NCBI GenBank assembly: GCA_002189035.1
Contig: CM007990.1
Coordinates: 3,906,001 to 3,970,000 of the forward strand
Direction of reading: 5' to 3'
DNA length: 64,000 nucleotides
Origin: Utricularia gibba
Lineage: Eukaryota; Plantae; Magnoliophyta
Positions 23,416-37,400 of the stretch are shown in pieces. Both the position numbers and the translations under genes were made by a program. The notes under the pieces were generated by a model. That model did not search any database and was not told the origin of the DNA. It was given only the letters and a program-made list of their open reading frames with translations. The number at the start of each line of letters is the position of its first letter. The first letter of the stretch is position 1.

Positions 23416-24741
23416 ATGGCGGCGACGAGGATTCTCCCTATCTTGTTCGGTTTACTACTGCTGTGTGTTGTCCCTGAGAGCGACGGAGTATGGTTGAACT
23501 TGCCTTCCGGTAAGACAAAGTGTGTTTCGGAAGAGATCCAGAGCAACGTCGTCGTTTTGGCCGATTACTATGTTATCTCAGACGACCACCTCCACCCTAC
23601 GCCTTCCATTACCGTCAAGGTTGCTTCTTCCCCTTTGTTTATTTCTCCTTTCCCCATATTTTGTTTTGTAAATTTGTGGGTTTCTATGGGATGGTATCAT
23701 TTGGTACTAAGCCGTTGTCGATTCCTCAAAACTCGTGCTTGGAATTCAGATGGGTTTGTTGGGGTGCTTTTCTCTGAAGGAAATGGAATCATCTTATCAT
23801 ATATTATGGTTATCTGTTGTTCAATCGTTTCTATTGCTAATTTTTCATGAGCTGCTGTATTTTGGTCGAGTTCTCCAACTTAACTGAAGCCTATACTTCT
23901 TCTGGTGTAGGTTACTTCACCTTATGGGAAAACCGTCCATAACCAGCAAAATGTAACATATGGACAATTTGCATTTACGACTACAGAAGGAGGAAGTTAT
24001 ATAGCTTGCTTTGGCGTGGACGGCAACCACCAGGGAGCTGGGGATGTAAGCGTTAACCTTGACTGGAGGACAGGCATTGCAGCTAGGGACTGGGAATCTG
24101 TTGCCAAAAGAGACAATATTGAGGTGAGACTTGTCTATTGGAATAACCATTTTTTTCTGAATGTTCTGAAACCCATGCTGAGGTACTTTTCTGATTGTAT
24201 CGTGCAGCTTCACTTTTTCGTTGGTTATGGGTTTGTGCTAGGACCATGCATCGATTAGAGTAGAAAGCCAATATGAATTTGTAGACGAAACCTGCCTGAA
24301 ACAAAATGCAAATCAATAAGTCACATTACAGCCTTTGCCTTGTAATACTCCCCTGCTATTTTCAATTGAAGGGAAGGAGAAAAAACTTGCTTTTGTAGGT
24401 AGCAAGTACTAAAATGGTTACTTTTCTACTTTCTCTCAGGGTATTGAGCTTGAGTTGGCAAAACTTGAAGGAGTAATTGAATCTATCCGTGAGAATATTT
24501 TGTACCTAAAGACAAGGCAAGACGTCTTTTTTATTTTCTCTTGTCTTTCTCTGTTCATTGTGTTAATTTCCTCGTGTAATCATTTCAACTTTGCAGAGAA
24601 TGGGATATGAGGATGGTGAGTGAATCCACGAATGCCCGGGTGGCCTCTTTCAGCATCGTATCACTTGGGGTTTGCATTCTGGTTTCTATACTCCAGATAC
24701 TGTACTTGAAGCGTTACTTCCAAAGGAAAAAGCTCATCTGA
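23416..24741 (+). CDS. p24-delta (emp24/gp25L/TMED10-like) ER-Golgi cargo receptor
   Basis: Exons 23416-23619, 23911-24123, 24440-24516, 24597-24741; the third intron is GC-AG. Signal peptide, GOLD domain ([35 protein letters not shown]) with NVT sequon, coiled coil, TM helix and dilysine tail YFQRKKLI*. Confidence 0.93.
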
Positions 24742-25345
24742 GAACCCCTGTACTTGTTAGCATGCCAATACATTGCTAGTGTACTCACAAGAGCTGCTTT
24801 CGATTCAGATTCTGTAAGGAATTTTGGTTCTGTTCTTCATTTTCAATGTGATTCTTTTGTTGTTGGGAGATTTCTAACAGGAAGGACGTCAAGAGATAGA
24901 ATTTCAGTCTTAGCAAATCTGTTTTTGGAAAAAGTTTAAAAGGCCTGGCCTGTCTTCGTTTCATAGGAATTCAGGTCGACCGGCAACCCTGTCCCTGCTT
25001 TGCTCCTGAATTATCAACAGCGTCTACCACCCTCACCCGTAAACCCTGTTAAGAGCCACCGACATATTTCAGGCTTCCGCCTCAGTCGTGCCCCAATCTT
25101 TATTGAGTGTGGCCGCCGAGAAAGCCGTCGCATTCTGCATCTTATATTCCGGGGGTGGCGCTTTTAAGGTTTAGGAATTAGGACACTCCGGTTAGATACG
25201 TGTTATTGTTTTTAAAATCGGTAGAATTAGTTTTTATTATTTAATAAAAGAAACTTTTCAAAATTCAAAAAGAAAGATATAACCCTAGTACAGATTATTT
25301 CTTTAGGAAAATAAAGTATCTTGTATAGGTTATCAACAAATTATT

Positions 25346-26250
25346 TGATAACCATATCTTCTGAAAATGGATGATAGGAAGGAGTCTGTAAAATGGGGAT
25401 AATTTATAAGTCTTATCCACGATGACTAATTTATTACAGATTTGGTATAGACTTTGATAATATACATTTTCATAGTTTTATTTTTATGAAATTAATATAA
25501 TTAGACGAAAAAATGTTCTAAATATCATCTTCAAAATATTGGTAATTTTAATATTTATTTCATTTTTCTTTGTAAAACTAGATTAAATCATAATACTCCG
25601 TATTTAATATTTATTTTTGAAGTATTTTTATACCAATGTTTTGGACCATATTAGTGCCATATTACTTGCAAGAATGGAAGAGCACAAAGTTGGAAGTGTG
25701 GAGACAAAGAAGCAAGATAACAAAGTGGTCATGAGGAAAAATAAGCACAACTTTCTCAAAGAAAAATGATTAAAAAGCTAAAAAGAAGAAAGGAAAAAAA
25801 GGCAAAAATATAAGGCACAATCTAAACTCAAATTTTGCACAAAACCCAAGAAGAGATATTTGGGTGATTGAGAGCATCAGCATCCCCAGACACCAGTGAA
25901 TGTGGATGATTTGGAGGGAGAAGAATCAGCAACTAAGCAGAAAAATATAGAAGAAATGTCATTTTTTTAAACGAAAAAGCAGTACTTACGGCTATATTAT
26001 TCCTATCTAGGAACAATATCCGAAATTAAATTAACCTTATGTTTTCTTGAGCATGTGATCAGCAGGACATGAGTGGAAATAGATATGAAGGAGGTGGAGG
26101 CCATGGAGGGGTGAAATCCTCCTCCTTTATAAAGGGTGAAACATCGCCAAATTCTTTTGTCAGTGGGCTCATAAATGTAGAGTAGATTTCTAAATATAGC
26201 TGTTTCTCCTTCGCAGTCACTGCTATTCTAAAGAAAGCTCAGAGCTTAGA
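25346..26250 (+). mobile_element. Probable truncated LTR fragment (Ty3/gypsy-like)
   Basis: Begins TGATAACC, like the sense start of the Athila-type LTRs elsewhere in the window, and has LTR-like composition. No TSD or right end identified. Confidence 0.3.
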
Positions 26251-26738
26251 GATGACTGCACAAAGACCTTGGAAAGGACTACAAGTACCAGAGATGGAAG
26301 ATATTATACATTTGAGCCCAGCACAATCAGGTAAACCTAGTGCTGATTTCGAGGGGGAAAGCTATCATTCAGGCAAGGAGTTGCAATTGAGAAGCAATGG
26401 AGACATCCATAGCATTTTCAATGAGGAAACTGTGACCAAAATTGAATTTTTCTGAGTTTCAGAAACACCATCATCAGTGATTGCATAGAAACAATTTTGG
26501 TGAATTCATAATGAAAATAAAAAGCTCCGACGATTGCGTAAAAGTTACCAATTGGGAATTGGAGGTGATTTGATTCAGTCTGGTGATAATTTTTTTGTTT
26601 TGCTGCACAACCACAAAATCCCAACAAGTCGACCAAAAAATTATCAATGCATCGCCACTAGAGCATAACTGACCTCAAAACTTCGACTATTGCACAGATT
26701 GCACGCCCGTCTTGTATCGCTCTTGGGTTCCATGATGT

Positions 26739-28215
26739 TTACATGGACTCAACATCTGATTCATCAAGAGCGTTTCGATACACTTCAAAATCCTCTGTGC
26801 TCCACCGGCATATTAAGTGAAGCTTGAAAGTAGCCATCCTTACACCTAGGAGACGCTGAGGGGAGAAGACAATTTAGCAGATATACCAAGTAGTTATCCT
26901 TACATGGCATTACATTCATCATAAAAGCGTAAAAACTTTTGGTGTCACACCACAGACAAAGAACCGAAATGGTGTTTGTTACAAGTTGAGGCTATGAGAC
27001 CAGAAGGCAATGGTAAGAGAAACTATGGATGCATCATTATGTAGACGAAAAATGTCTGCCTGCTGCATAAAATTCTTCACTTACAAGTATACGAGATGCC
27101 TCCGGTGACAACGGTTTTCCATCTTCACAAACAACATAGTCTGATACCAACTCTACAACTCCTGCGCACGCCCAGAGCATAAGCTACACCTCGTATCAGG
27201 AAAAAAATATTGACTACAAATAGATGACAATGAAAACCTTTGTTTAGCTTGACAGGCATTCCCTGCTTGCGTAAAAAGGGCTCCATCTCATGGGTGAACT
27301 GATCCAGCGGGCCCTCTTTAAGCTCTACCTGAAGTACATGCAAAGCACTGATTCATGAGTCACTAAAGCTTGACGCATTCACAAACTTCATAATCAACAA
27401 GTACACATGAGTACCGTTTCTGTTGCAGTGCTTCCAGTTCGAGCGTAGTCATAATCCTCATACTCATTAAATAATCTAGAATACAGAAAAACGTTGTGAG
27501 CTTCGAAGTTCCTAGCAGCTATTAGGTCCATAGTCATATGATTCAACGAAATCAAAACGTATTTTGAAGAATAATCACAGATTCCTCAGTTGAACAACGC
27601 ACCTTTCCATTTCTTCTTTTGGCAAAGAAGTGAAACAAAGTCCAGAATTCCCACGGAGTAGCTACAATGATAGATTGGGAATATCAAATAAATATAAGCA
27701 CGCCAGGTGATTACATCAATAAAATTAAACAGCATGCATAACAGGAACCATGAGCTGTGAAACTTATGCTACCTTCGAAACTTTGTGAAGCCCAGGCCTG
27801 AGCTCATCACTGACAGATCTACCCAAGGCCACTTGCATGACTTTGTTTGATCCTAAGAAGAACCTATACAAGTAGGATTTTTGAATTTACAGTTCTGCAG
27901 TACGCTTTCATCGACACAGGAGAGTTAAAACACATTATTTCCCAAACCTGCTAGAAGCCTTGAGACGCTCCTTGAATTCCTTGAATTTGAGATTCCTCAT
28001 ATTCTCGTAAACAAAAACATACACAAATTCGTACTTTTCCAGGGCATCTCGTATCGAATTCACCACACTTTCTTTCTGTGCCTTCCCTTTTTTCTTCGTC
28101 TTCGATAAAGTAACTGCATGCCCAAAGGATGATGGTAAGCGAAATCAACATATTTAGAGGCAAAAAATGGAGCATTCAAATCCAAACCTGGCCTATCACG
28201 CTTTGATTTCGGCAT
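26739..28215 (-). CDS. MRT4: mRNA turnover protein 4 / ribosome assembly factor (Rpl10/P0 family)
   Basis: Eight minus-strand exons: 28215-28188, 28113-27948, 27863-27773, 27661-27603, 27475-27415, 27328-27238, 27161-27085, 26855-26739. Motifs [77 protein letters not shown]. Confidence 0.95.
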
Positions 28216-28280
28216 GTTTTGCTGGAGTTTCGAAGCAGCAAAGGGAAAACGAAAGACTGACTATGCGAAGAGCACCGCTG

Positions 28281-28351
28281 AAACCCTAACTACACCCGGC
28301 GGTGAGGTTGCAATTCCAAAAATAAATGGCCCAATCAGAAAAGGGCCCAAT
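28281..28351 (-). promoter_or_regulatory. MRT4 proximal promoter: telo-box plus Site II elements
   Basis: AAACCCTAA at 28281-28289 and two GGCCCAAT motifs at about 28328-28351, just upstream of the MRT4 ATG. This pairing is established for plant ribosome-biogenesis genes. Confidence 0.7.
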
Positions 28352-28478
28352 GAAAATATTTATATATTTTTTAAACTAAAACAGCAGGCCAAGCACAACA
28401 TGCTTTGGCCCATCCAAATTCAGATACTTTTAAATTTTAATTTAGACATTTCTTTTGAGAAGTTAATTTTAAATAGAG

Positions 28479-29378
28479 AAAATTACTAATAAAACCCTAA
28501 TTTCAAAAGTTTTGAGCAAAAAAAATTGCAATTTTGTAAGACCATGCAATATCAGCATCGATTTTAAAGCCTTGTAATTTAACTTTTCAAGTTTTGAAAA
28601 CTTGCAATTTCATTTATAGACTTTTAAAATTTAGCAATTCAACTTATAAACGTTGAATTGTTTGCAAAAAAAGATACAAAAGAATCTTTAAATAAATTAA
28701 TTAAATAATTACATTAATTAAAGATAAGATCAATGAAAATAACATGAATAAAGCTTACAATCTTATAAGTTAAAACATCCCTAATTTCATAACAAAAATT
28801 ACTATAACAATAAACACATTTAATATATATAGATATATATATTTATTTTCTGATTTTTAAGATTAAAAATGTATTTGGTATATGGGTTTAGATGTATTAT
28901 ATTTTGTAATACAAAATATTTAGATTGTAATTTTAAATTATTGGTTTTATATTTATTTTGAAATGAAATAAGAAGAATGGTAAATTGAAAATAAATATAC
29001 CATTTGATATAAAATGTACTATCTACTCATTTTTTATAAATCCGTACCGGTAGTTTTTATTTATTTTAAACCAATGTTAAATTAAGTTACAGGTTTAATA
29101 TAAACTTCTTACTAAACATGCATCTTAAATAAAATACTTTTCAAAATCAACCATCTACCAAATACCACGTAAAAGTTTTGAAGTTTAATTTGAATGCTTT
29201 CGCGAATAAGGTGTAATTCACTAAAATTTATAACTTCACAAGTTAATTTGTGAGTTTTTCAAAGTTTTAGGGTTTGGTTTTTCAAGTTTTTTAAATTAAT
29301 GAAATATGTTTTGCAAGTTTTTAAAATCAAGATCTAATATGATATAAAATTTTCAAAATTAGAGTTTTTTTTGGATAA
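28479..29378. mobile_element. Possible decayed Mutator-like foldback element
   Basis: Both ends are rich in inverted AAAGTTTT/AAAACTTG-type subrepeats typical of MULE long TIRs. Alignment is weak and no TSD was confirmed. Confidence 0.25.
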
Positions 29379-31696
29379 ATAATCCATTTTAAATATTTAA
29401 TTTATATCATATATGTTTTTTTAATAGTATCATAATGTTAAGTTCTCTTCAATATCTAATCAGATTTTCAATTTTAATTTGAATTTAATTAAAAAATTGC
29501 TAATTGACATATTATTTGTTAACAATATGATGACGTATATGAATACTTATTCTTTCCCTTTAAGGCATTAGGAAGATGTTATTAGTACCATCAGGCTCTG
29601 TTAAACATTAGAATAAGAAACAAATTATTTAAATATGGGTTGTTTTATGCATCACCAATATGCTCTTTATACATGAAAAAACATGTATAAGACAATTCAA
29701 ATATAATATGAAAATCTTTCATATTTATGTTTTATAGCATTACAAGATTCTATGCAATCTTCTTCACAAATGTAATATGGAAATCTTTAATATTTATGAT
29801 AATTTTCATCAGATTAAGTTATCGAAAAATAATAAAAATTTTCTAATAATATGTATTTGGTTGATCTAATACATTTTGATTTTCAGAGAAGCTTTAATTA
29901 GGTTGATTATGGTAATTCTGTAAATATATAGAAATAATTGAAGTAATAAATAAAATTGTATTTACAAAAAATTAATATTTTTGGATTTTTTTTAAAACAA
30001 TAGGAATAATGAATTTCTATCAAGAATTCATCATACAAAAACTTGCTTCAGTGTGTGCATGTAATTCTCAAGGATTGACTCGTTTGCATAAGTTTTAGGG
30101 TGTTATTTTAAAATAGTATTAATTAGTAATTGTTATAGTATCCCTCATTTTGTGATATTATTAGGGTTATTTCGTCTCATATGATAATTCATGTTTTACT
30201 TACATTCAATCCTAACCCTTACAACTTACAATCTCGTAGATAGATTACATCGAATGTATCTTGTCAATGATTAAACCCTTCTATTTAGTTGTTTGAGTTC
30301 AATTTAAAATACTTTTACATTTGATTATGATTTTGTGATACTTAAGAACACATTGTCAAAAAAAAAATATTGTAAAAAATGAAATCAAACCTCACATTAA
30401 ACGTTAGAGAATATAGTAAAATAGTCATATGTATAGGAACTTGTACAAACAATATGTAACCCAAAACTTTATAAAAAAAATATGCATATGTTTGATTCTA
30501 ACATGAAAATAAAAACAAAAATATAAAAAAAGATATAGCATTTCGGCTTTTAACTTATGCTACCTTTTCATTGATTGATATATGTAAAAAAAAAAAAAAA
30601 AGCAAACTAGCAATGCAAAGCAAAATTAGGAACAACATTATTCTACCATTGCTATCATAATAACTACGACTTCAAAAGAAACTTGTTAAGGTAGAAAAAG
30701 TTCAACATTAAACCATACAGAGCATAATCAAGACCATCTGTTACCACAACAAAATGGTGCATGAGCTAGGTACAGACAGCCAAAACAAAACAAGAGACTT
30801 GACTATCATTTGTGTGGCTTGGATACTAACTAAGCCATTGGAGACTTGGTTGATCACAATCTTTACTCCTCACACCCTTCATCTGGAACAGGTAGAATAA
30901 GTGGTCATACTACTATAAAATTTTAAGATAATCCGTGTAAAAAGTATTTTAGATTGTTGCTAAGAAAACAAGCAAAACCAACATCAATGGTACGTAAAAG
31001 AACATGCATGTAGTAAGTGCCATAAATCTAACTTTACTCATCCCTTGGTTGCTCGAACTTGGGCATCATCCTTATTGTAGGGAAATGAGTAAAACTGATT
31101 CTCACTTATAGCAATTCAATCAAAGGAGCCATCCAAAGTCCAAAGCACCATAAGCTTAAGTCTATGCCACTCTTGAGTAACTCCAGTGACTTTGTTGCAG
31201 TCTCATTTTTGTGGCCAACTAAATCTACTGAAATGATGCCTTGAACATGTTTGAAAACCTTAGCATGAATCACTTGGCAACATCAAGTTTTCAGGAGTAC
31301 ATGTCCGCACTACCTCGCCTCTTAGATGTAAACAAATCAGTATATAGAGCAATTCATACATATAGCAAAAACAAATGTATAACTTTCTGGAAACTTGCTC
31401 AAAAATCATGAATCATTATCATTTTAAAGCCAACAGAATAGGATTTCAATCAAAAGTGAAAGCACATAAAGCAGAGCTCTCGGTAAAAAGATATGAATTT
31501 TTGATTGGTACTTCAAAAATAGTTTCGTAAAACAGGTCATAACCTAGAGCAGTTCCACTTATAAAAATCATAATTTTTACACCACTAGGAGTTTTTGAGC
31601 AAACTAAAGAGTTTCCAAAATTACATTCAAGAAGCTAAAACATTCATGTATTTATGTAACCAAATTCGAAGCCATGTGAAATAGAAAAATCAAAAC

Positions 31697-32430
31697 ATTG
31701 TGGGTGTGTTGAATGAAAAGAAATCTTCTCCAAGAATTGTTCTCTCTAGTTTTTGTTTTTTGAATAAAACATAGTGCTATCAGAACAATTTTTCGATCCT
31801 GAAAATGTCTAATGGAGTTCCTCTATCTGTTCCTCTCCTTCCAAAATATAACTTTGAGAAAACTGATGTTTGTGGATGAAGGCATTGATTGGTGCTTATT
31901 AGGTTTCAGATGTAGTTTCTACTGAAAGACAAAACATCCGATACAATCACACAAAAACATAACGAGAAGGCCTTGTTGTTGATATATCAAGTCTTGGATG
32001 AGAAAATGTTTGAAAAAGTTGCAGGGGCAACAAATGCAAAGCAAGCTTGGGATGCTTTGGGATCTCATTCTAGGGCTGATCGAGTCAAAAGAGTGCGCCT
32101 ACAAACACTTTGCAGAGAGTTTGAGAGCATCAGACAATTGGAAATGAGAGAATCACTGATTATTTGATCCAAGTTCAAGTTATTATGAGCCAAATGAACC
32201 ACGTTGGTGAAAAGGTTGATGATACACGCATTGTTGAGAAGGTGCTTTATTCCCTAGACAAGAATTACGATCATGTTGCTATTTTCATTGAAGAAGCAAA
32301 TGATCTTGATGAGTTGTCCCTTGATAAGCTTAGTGGATCACTTCTAGCATATGAGGAATGCCTAAAGTGACATGATGAAGCCACTGCTCAATTACTTCAA
32401 GTTAAAATATCTGAAGGTGGAAATCATAAT
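31697..32430 (+). mobile_element. Ty1/Copia 5' fragment: LTR tail, degenerate PBS, N-terminal gag
   Basis: 31697-31771 matches the reverse complement of the LTR at 34459-34535. PBS-like TAGTGCTATCAGA follows, then a disrupted gag from 31805 (MSNGVPLSVPLL..., [59 protein letters not shown]). Confidence 0.8.
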
Positions 32431-32881
32431 ACTTAACAATATTAAAATATGACACATTTATCTTACATTATTTCTTTAATTCTTTTATTTATACATTAAA
32501 TCAATTGATAATTGATTTTGTATTATTACAAAACATGCTTTTTCATTATTTTTGATGGTTATTTTTATCTACCTTATACTTTACTTTTACAATAATTTCG
32601 ATTAATTATGTATTTATGCTAATTTCATCTTTTTGGAATGAAAATACATGTTTTGGATTTTTAAGCTATTTTTGAGTCAATTTGAAGAAAAATCAAAACC
32701 CAACAATTTATATGTTTGAGAGGATACGAATTTGAGCCCAAAGATAAGTCAAAGGATGAAAATGCGATCCAAAATTTGTGGATGAGATAAAAATTTAAAG
32801 ATAATTTTAGAAGATTTAAATAAAAGTTTGGATAAATATATTATCCATCATCAAGCAAGCCCAATTGTGATGGTTGATATT

Positions 32882-34291
32882 TGATAAACGGAAATTTCTT
32901 AATATCGTTGCAATAAAAATAGAAATTTCGTTATCAATAAATTTATAATCCCCAATCTACACAAAATACAAATTTAGAAAACTTGTATAATGGATGTCGG
33001 GGTCGATCACGAAGAGCTTGTGCTTGCTAAGTGTTTTGGTACATGCATAATTTCGGATAACAGTAAGTCTTAGTCTAAACTCGGACTAACAATGGTAAAC
33101 AAGTTCAGTAAACAAGGTAGTTAAGCAATATCAGGTTTCAATGCTAAGGTAACAGGTATTGGTTCTAACTCAAAATAATACGAAGACGCCTTAAGGATCT
33201 GTAGGTGGTGTTATGCTAAGGTTCCTAACTTAATTTACCATCTTCCTACACTCACAACTTCAAATAACCTAAGTCTACCGAGGTCATTTATCATATTTTC
33301 GGCTAAACTAGTCCCCAATATCATAATCAACATTGCAATTAGGTCTACCCGCATACAAAGCATATAGAATTAGGTCTACCCGGTTCTACTGGTTTTACCC
33401 TAGACTAACATCGACTGCTCTTGTCTTGGTTTGTTGGTCTACCTCTAAACCAAACATCTAAGTTGTGAAACTACTTGTTTCCCTCCAGAGGTCTACCCAT
33501 GGTTTGTTAGAAACAAGAGTTAAGGAATACACATAAATTTCATCATTAAACCTAAGCACACACCACCCCACTTCACCTCAAGGCATCCCTAAGACTCTAG
33601 CCACTCATGCTCGGGAAATGAAACACGATTTCATTCATATAAGCTGGCGAAAATAACAGAAACATTGTAAATAGGTCAAATGCAGAAACTCGAAATGTTC
33701 AGAAAACGGAAAGCAAATAAATATTGTTCTGTCGCCCAGTTGCTACTGTTCACAGCCCAGAACAATAGTGCTGGCCTGGACTCCTGTGCTGCTCTTGACG
33801 ATGAAGGCTTTCTTCCCCTTTCTAGTTGGTATTTTTCGCGTTGGGGAAGAAGCCCCTTGCATCCCCTCGTTGTTACTGTCTCCCCCTTCGGCTATTCCCG
33901 CTCTCTTCTCTTTCGAAATAAATTTTCTCCTCTCCATTACTCCATCGCACTGTTCTTGACTACCAGCACTGTTCCTAGCCGCCAGCATTGTTCCTGGCCT
34001 GAACTTGCAGACTGCAGGTGGCGGCATAACAGTGATCTTTGTACTTCTCTAGATTTGTACCCTTTTTCACTTGTTCCACACGTTTGTAAGTCTGATTTTC
34101 TGTTGAACTTGCTGAAATATTAGTAACAAAAGTTATGGACTAAATTAAAGGATTTAGTTCACTTTTTAACATAATCACATAAGATTAACGTAAACACCAC
34201 TTAAACATGAAAAATCACATTTATCTAACCTAAACCATAATAAAATATAACCATTTTATATTTTGAAATTCATGAAAAATGTGTGTTATCA
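32882..34291 (-). mobile_element. Solo LTR, Athila-type Ty3/gypsy family
   Basis: TGATAA...TTATCA termini and a 5-bp TSD ATATT (32877-32881, 34292-34296). Homologous to the LTRs at 43107-43827, 50375-51541 and ending at 54300. Confidence 0.85.
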
Positions 34292-34458
34292 ATATTTATT
34301 TACTAAGTTTACTTTGGTTACCAATAGTTTAGTATATGTTGGTTTAAATGTTATTTTATTATTAGGCTAAATAAAATGGAATATATAGTAAACCTTTGAG
34401 ATGACAACAGGAAAATAAGTTAATGGGATTATTTTTTATAAGAGAAGAAGATCTCTTT

Positions 34459-37400
34459 TGTAAAAAAAAAAACAAAAAACAAAATCAAAGAAAACAATTC
34501 TTGGAAAAGATTATTTTTTATTCAACACACCGCACAATATACGATTACAATTTTATATATATACCTAGTATAACTTTTTTTCTAATACAATAACTAATTA
34601 AAGGATAAGATTTTCTAAACTTCTCTATTTCATCTACTAGCATCAGTAGTACTTCATTATTACCTTTCTATTTTCAGAAAGGCTAAGCTTTGATCTTCAA
34701 CAGCCTCCCTCAAAGTTAAGTCTTTCTTCACTCCAAGCATTCCCAGCAACACCTGAAAGACTTTACTAGAAAAAGGTTTGTAAAAATATTAACAATCTGA
34801 TCTTGAGAGCAAACATATTCCAATTCAACAACTTTTCTAGCAACAAAGTCTCTAATGAAGTGAAATTGTGTCTCAATGTGCTTGTTTCTGCCATGAAAGA
34901 CATGATTTTTACTAAGCATAATTGCAGACTTATTATCAATCTTGATTCTAATAGCAGTGGCATATCAGCAGCCAATATTCTCCAATAGGTTCCTCAACCA
35001 GACAGCATGACAAACACAAAGCTGCAATAAAGTATGCTTCATGGGAGGATAGAGCAATTATCGAATGTTTCTTGGAACATCAAGAAAAAGTAGTATCTCC
35101 AAAAAAGAAAAGTGAAGCCAAGGGTGCTCTTAGAGTTATCCTAACAATCTCCCCAATCACTATCACTATATCCCAATAGTTTAAAGTTTTCAGTTTTTTG
35201 AAACCATAATGCAAAATCAAGGGTTCCTTTAATATATCTCATGATCCTTTTAACAACAGCAAGATGTGACTGTGTTAGAGCTTCCAATATCTGCTGACTA
35301 CACACCAATGGCATAGAGTATATATGGTCTTGAACTTGTCATATATCACAAAGTCTCGACCATACTCTTAAATAGAGTGGGATCAACTTTGCTCCCTTGA
35401 CTGTCAGTAGACAATTTGGTTCCGACAACATGGGAGTTTCTACATCCTTACTATCTCTCATTCCAAAACTTTTGATAATCTCTTCTACATACCTTCTTTG
35501 AGAAATAAAAATCCCACCTTCCATCTAAGATACATGAATTCTTAAATAGAAATTCATCAATCCTACATATGACATCTCAAACTCGGACTTCATTGCTTGT
35601 TTAAAACTTTCGAACATGCCATCCACGTATAAACAAATTAGAAGGATATCACTATTCTCACTTATCTTTAAGCATAAGGCATGCTCATGAGGACATATCA
35701 CAAAGCCTTTACTAAACAAATGTGAATGTACTCTCATATTCCAATCACTGTTTAAAATCGTAAATTGCCTTATATAGCTTAAGAACTTTATCTCTGTGTT
35801 ACCCATTTACATAGTCTAAAGGCTGCTCGACATACAATTCTTCATCAAGAAAAGAATTAAAAAAAATGACTTCACATCCATTTTGGTGTATTTTCCATAC
35901 AAAATGAGCTGCCATAGACAAAATCAGTCGAATTGTTTCCAAATGTGCTACTAGAGCAAAAACTTCACCAAAATCTATAACTTCCTTTTGCTTGTAACCC
36001 TTGGCTATAAGTCTAGTCTTAAACTTTTCAATGTTTCCATTGCATCCCTTTTAATTCTATACACCCACTTGAGTCCAATGATGGTTTTTCAAGGAGGCCT
36101 ACCAATTAATTCCCATGTGTGATTCCTTTCAATAGAACTGATCTCTTCATCCATGACATGTTTTCATTCATCTTCTTGAACACCATCTTCAAAATATAAA
36201 ATTTCAGCTTTCGAAAATAAGCAATAATATGCGAAATTGTTGACTTTTGGAAAGTTGCAGCACTTGCTGCAGATTGTAGTGACTCAAGGAGATCAACAAC
36301 AAAATCATCAAAATGTTTCGGAAGCTTTTTAACTCTTCTCCTCATTAGTGCCCCTGTATCAGCCTATGGTTGTGTATTTCAGTAACCAATAGCTGCTATG
36401 GCTGAACAATACCATCATTTCCACATGATGATGGCAGCTCATCATCATCATTATCCTCAAAATAAATATATGACTCTAGTTCTTAAGAGAAGTGTTTCAA
36501 TTCCAGCTTGATGCCTCATCAAAAATGATGTCTTTGTTGATTACAATCCTTCTTTTAATGGGATCAAAACATTTGTAAGCTTTGGAATGTTGATCATATC
36601 CAACGAAACCATCTTCATAGCTTTATCATCAAGCTTCTTTCTTAATTCATCAGCAATATGGACATAGCATGTGCAATCGAATACATGAAGATGTGATACT
36701 CTGGGCTTTAGACTAGTACAAGCTTCTTGCGGCATAATACCATTCAGACTTTGTGTGACTTGTCTGTTCATCAAAAAACCACTGTAGTGACTGCATAACC
36801 CCAGAACTCACATGCCATATGCTTCATATTCAATAAATTGCGAGTTACATTCAAAACAATGCGATTCCTATACTCCACAACACCATTTTTCTGAGGTGTT
36901 CTTGCTGCAGTGAGTGATCTATGGAGGCCAATATTTCTACAAAATTCATTAAAGTAAGATGGAAGAAATTCTCTACCTCTATCAATTCTCAAGACCTTAA
37001 TTTTTAAACCACTTTCAAATGAAACATGTGCTAGGAACATGATTTGACCTAGTGACTGAGGATTTTAAGTCCTCTGCTCTATCCATTGAGCTATCTCGAC
37101 CATTCCCGGTGTAGTAACCCATACTCATTTTCTTATTTTAGTCAATGAATGGGGCCAATGTCAATTAAAGGAAAAGGAAAGATTACAAATTGATCTCCAA
37201 GTCCTTTCATTTCTTTCATCTTCAAAACAACCTTGAAGCTCAACCATGGCTTGAAATTCTAGGAATAAATCAAACACTTCAGACTTGTGTTTCATGAGAT
37301 AAATCCAAGTCTTCAAATAATCATCCACAAATACAAAAAAATAATTATTTCCTCCAAGTGTGCTGGGTTTGATAGGTTCACATACATCTTCATGAATTAA

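Noticed and set aside
25040-25047. TAAACCCT as a telomerase-RNA template
   Set aside because: Only an 8-nt match, with no USE/TATA Pol III promoter and no resemblance to recalled plant telomerase RNA.
30400-31690. Possible Ty3/gypsy (Tekay-like) remnant
   Set aside because: Composition is suggestive, but I found no diagnostic domain, terminus or TSD.
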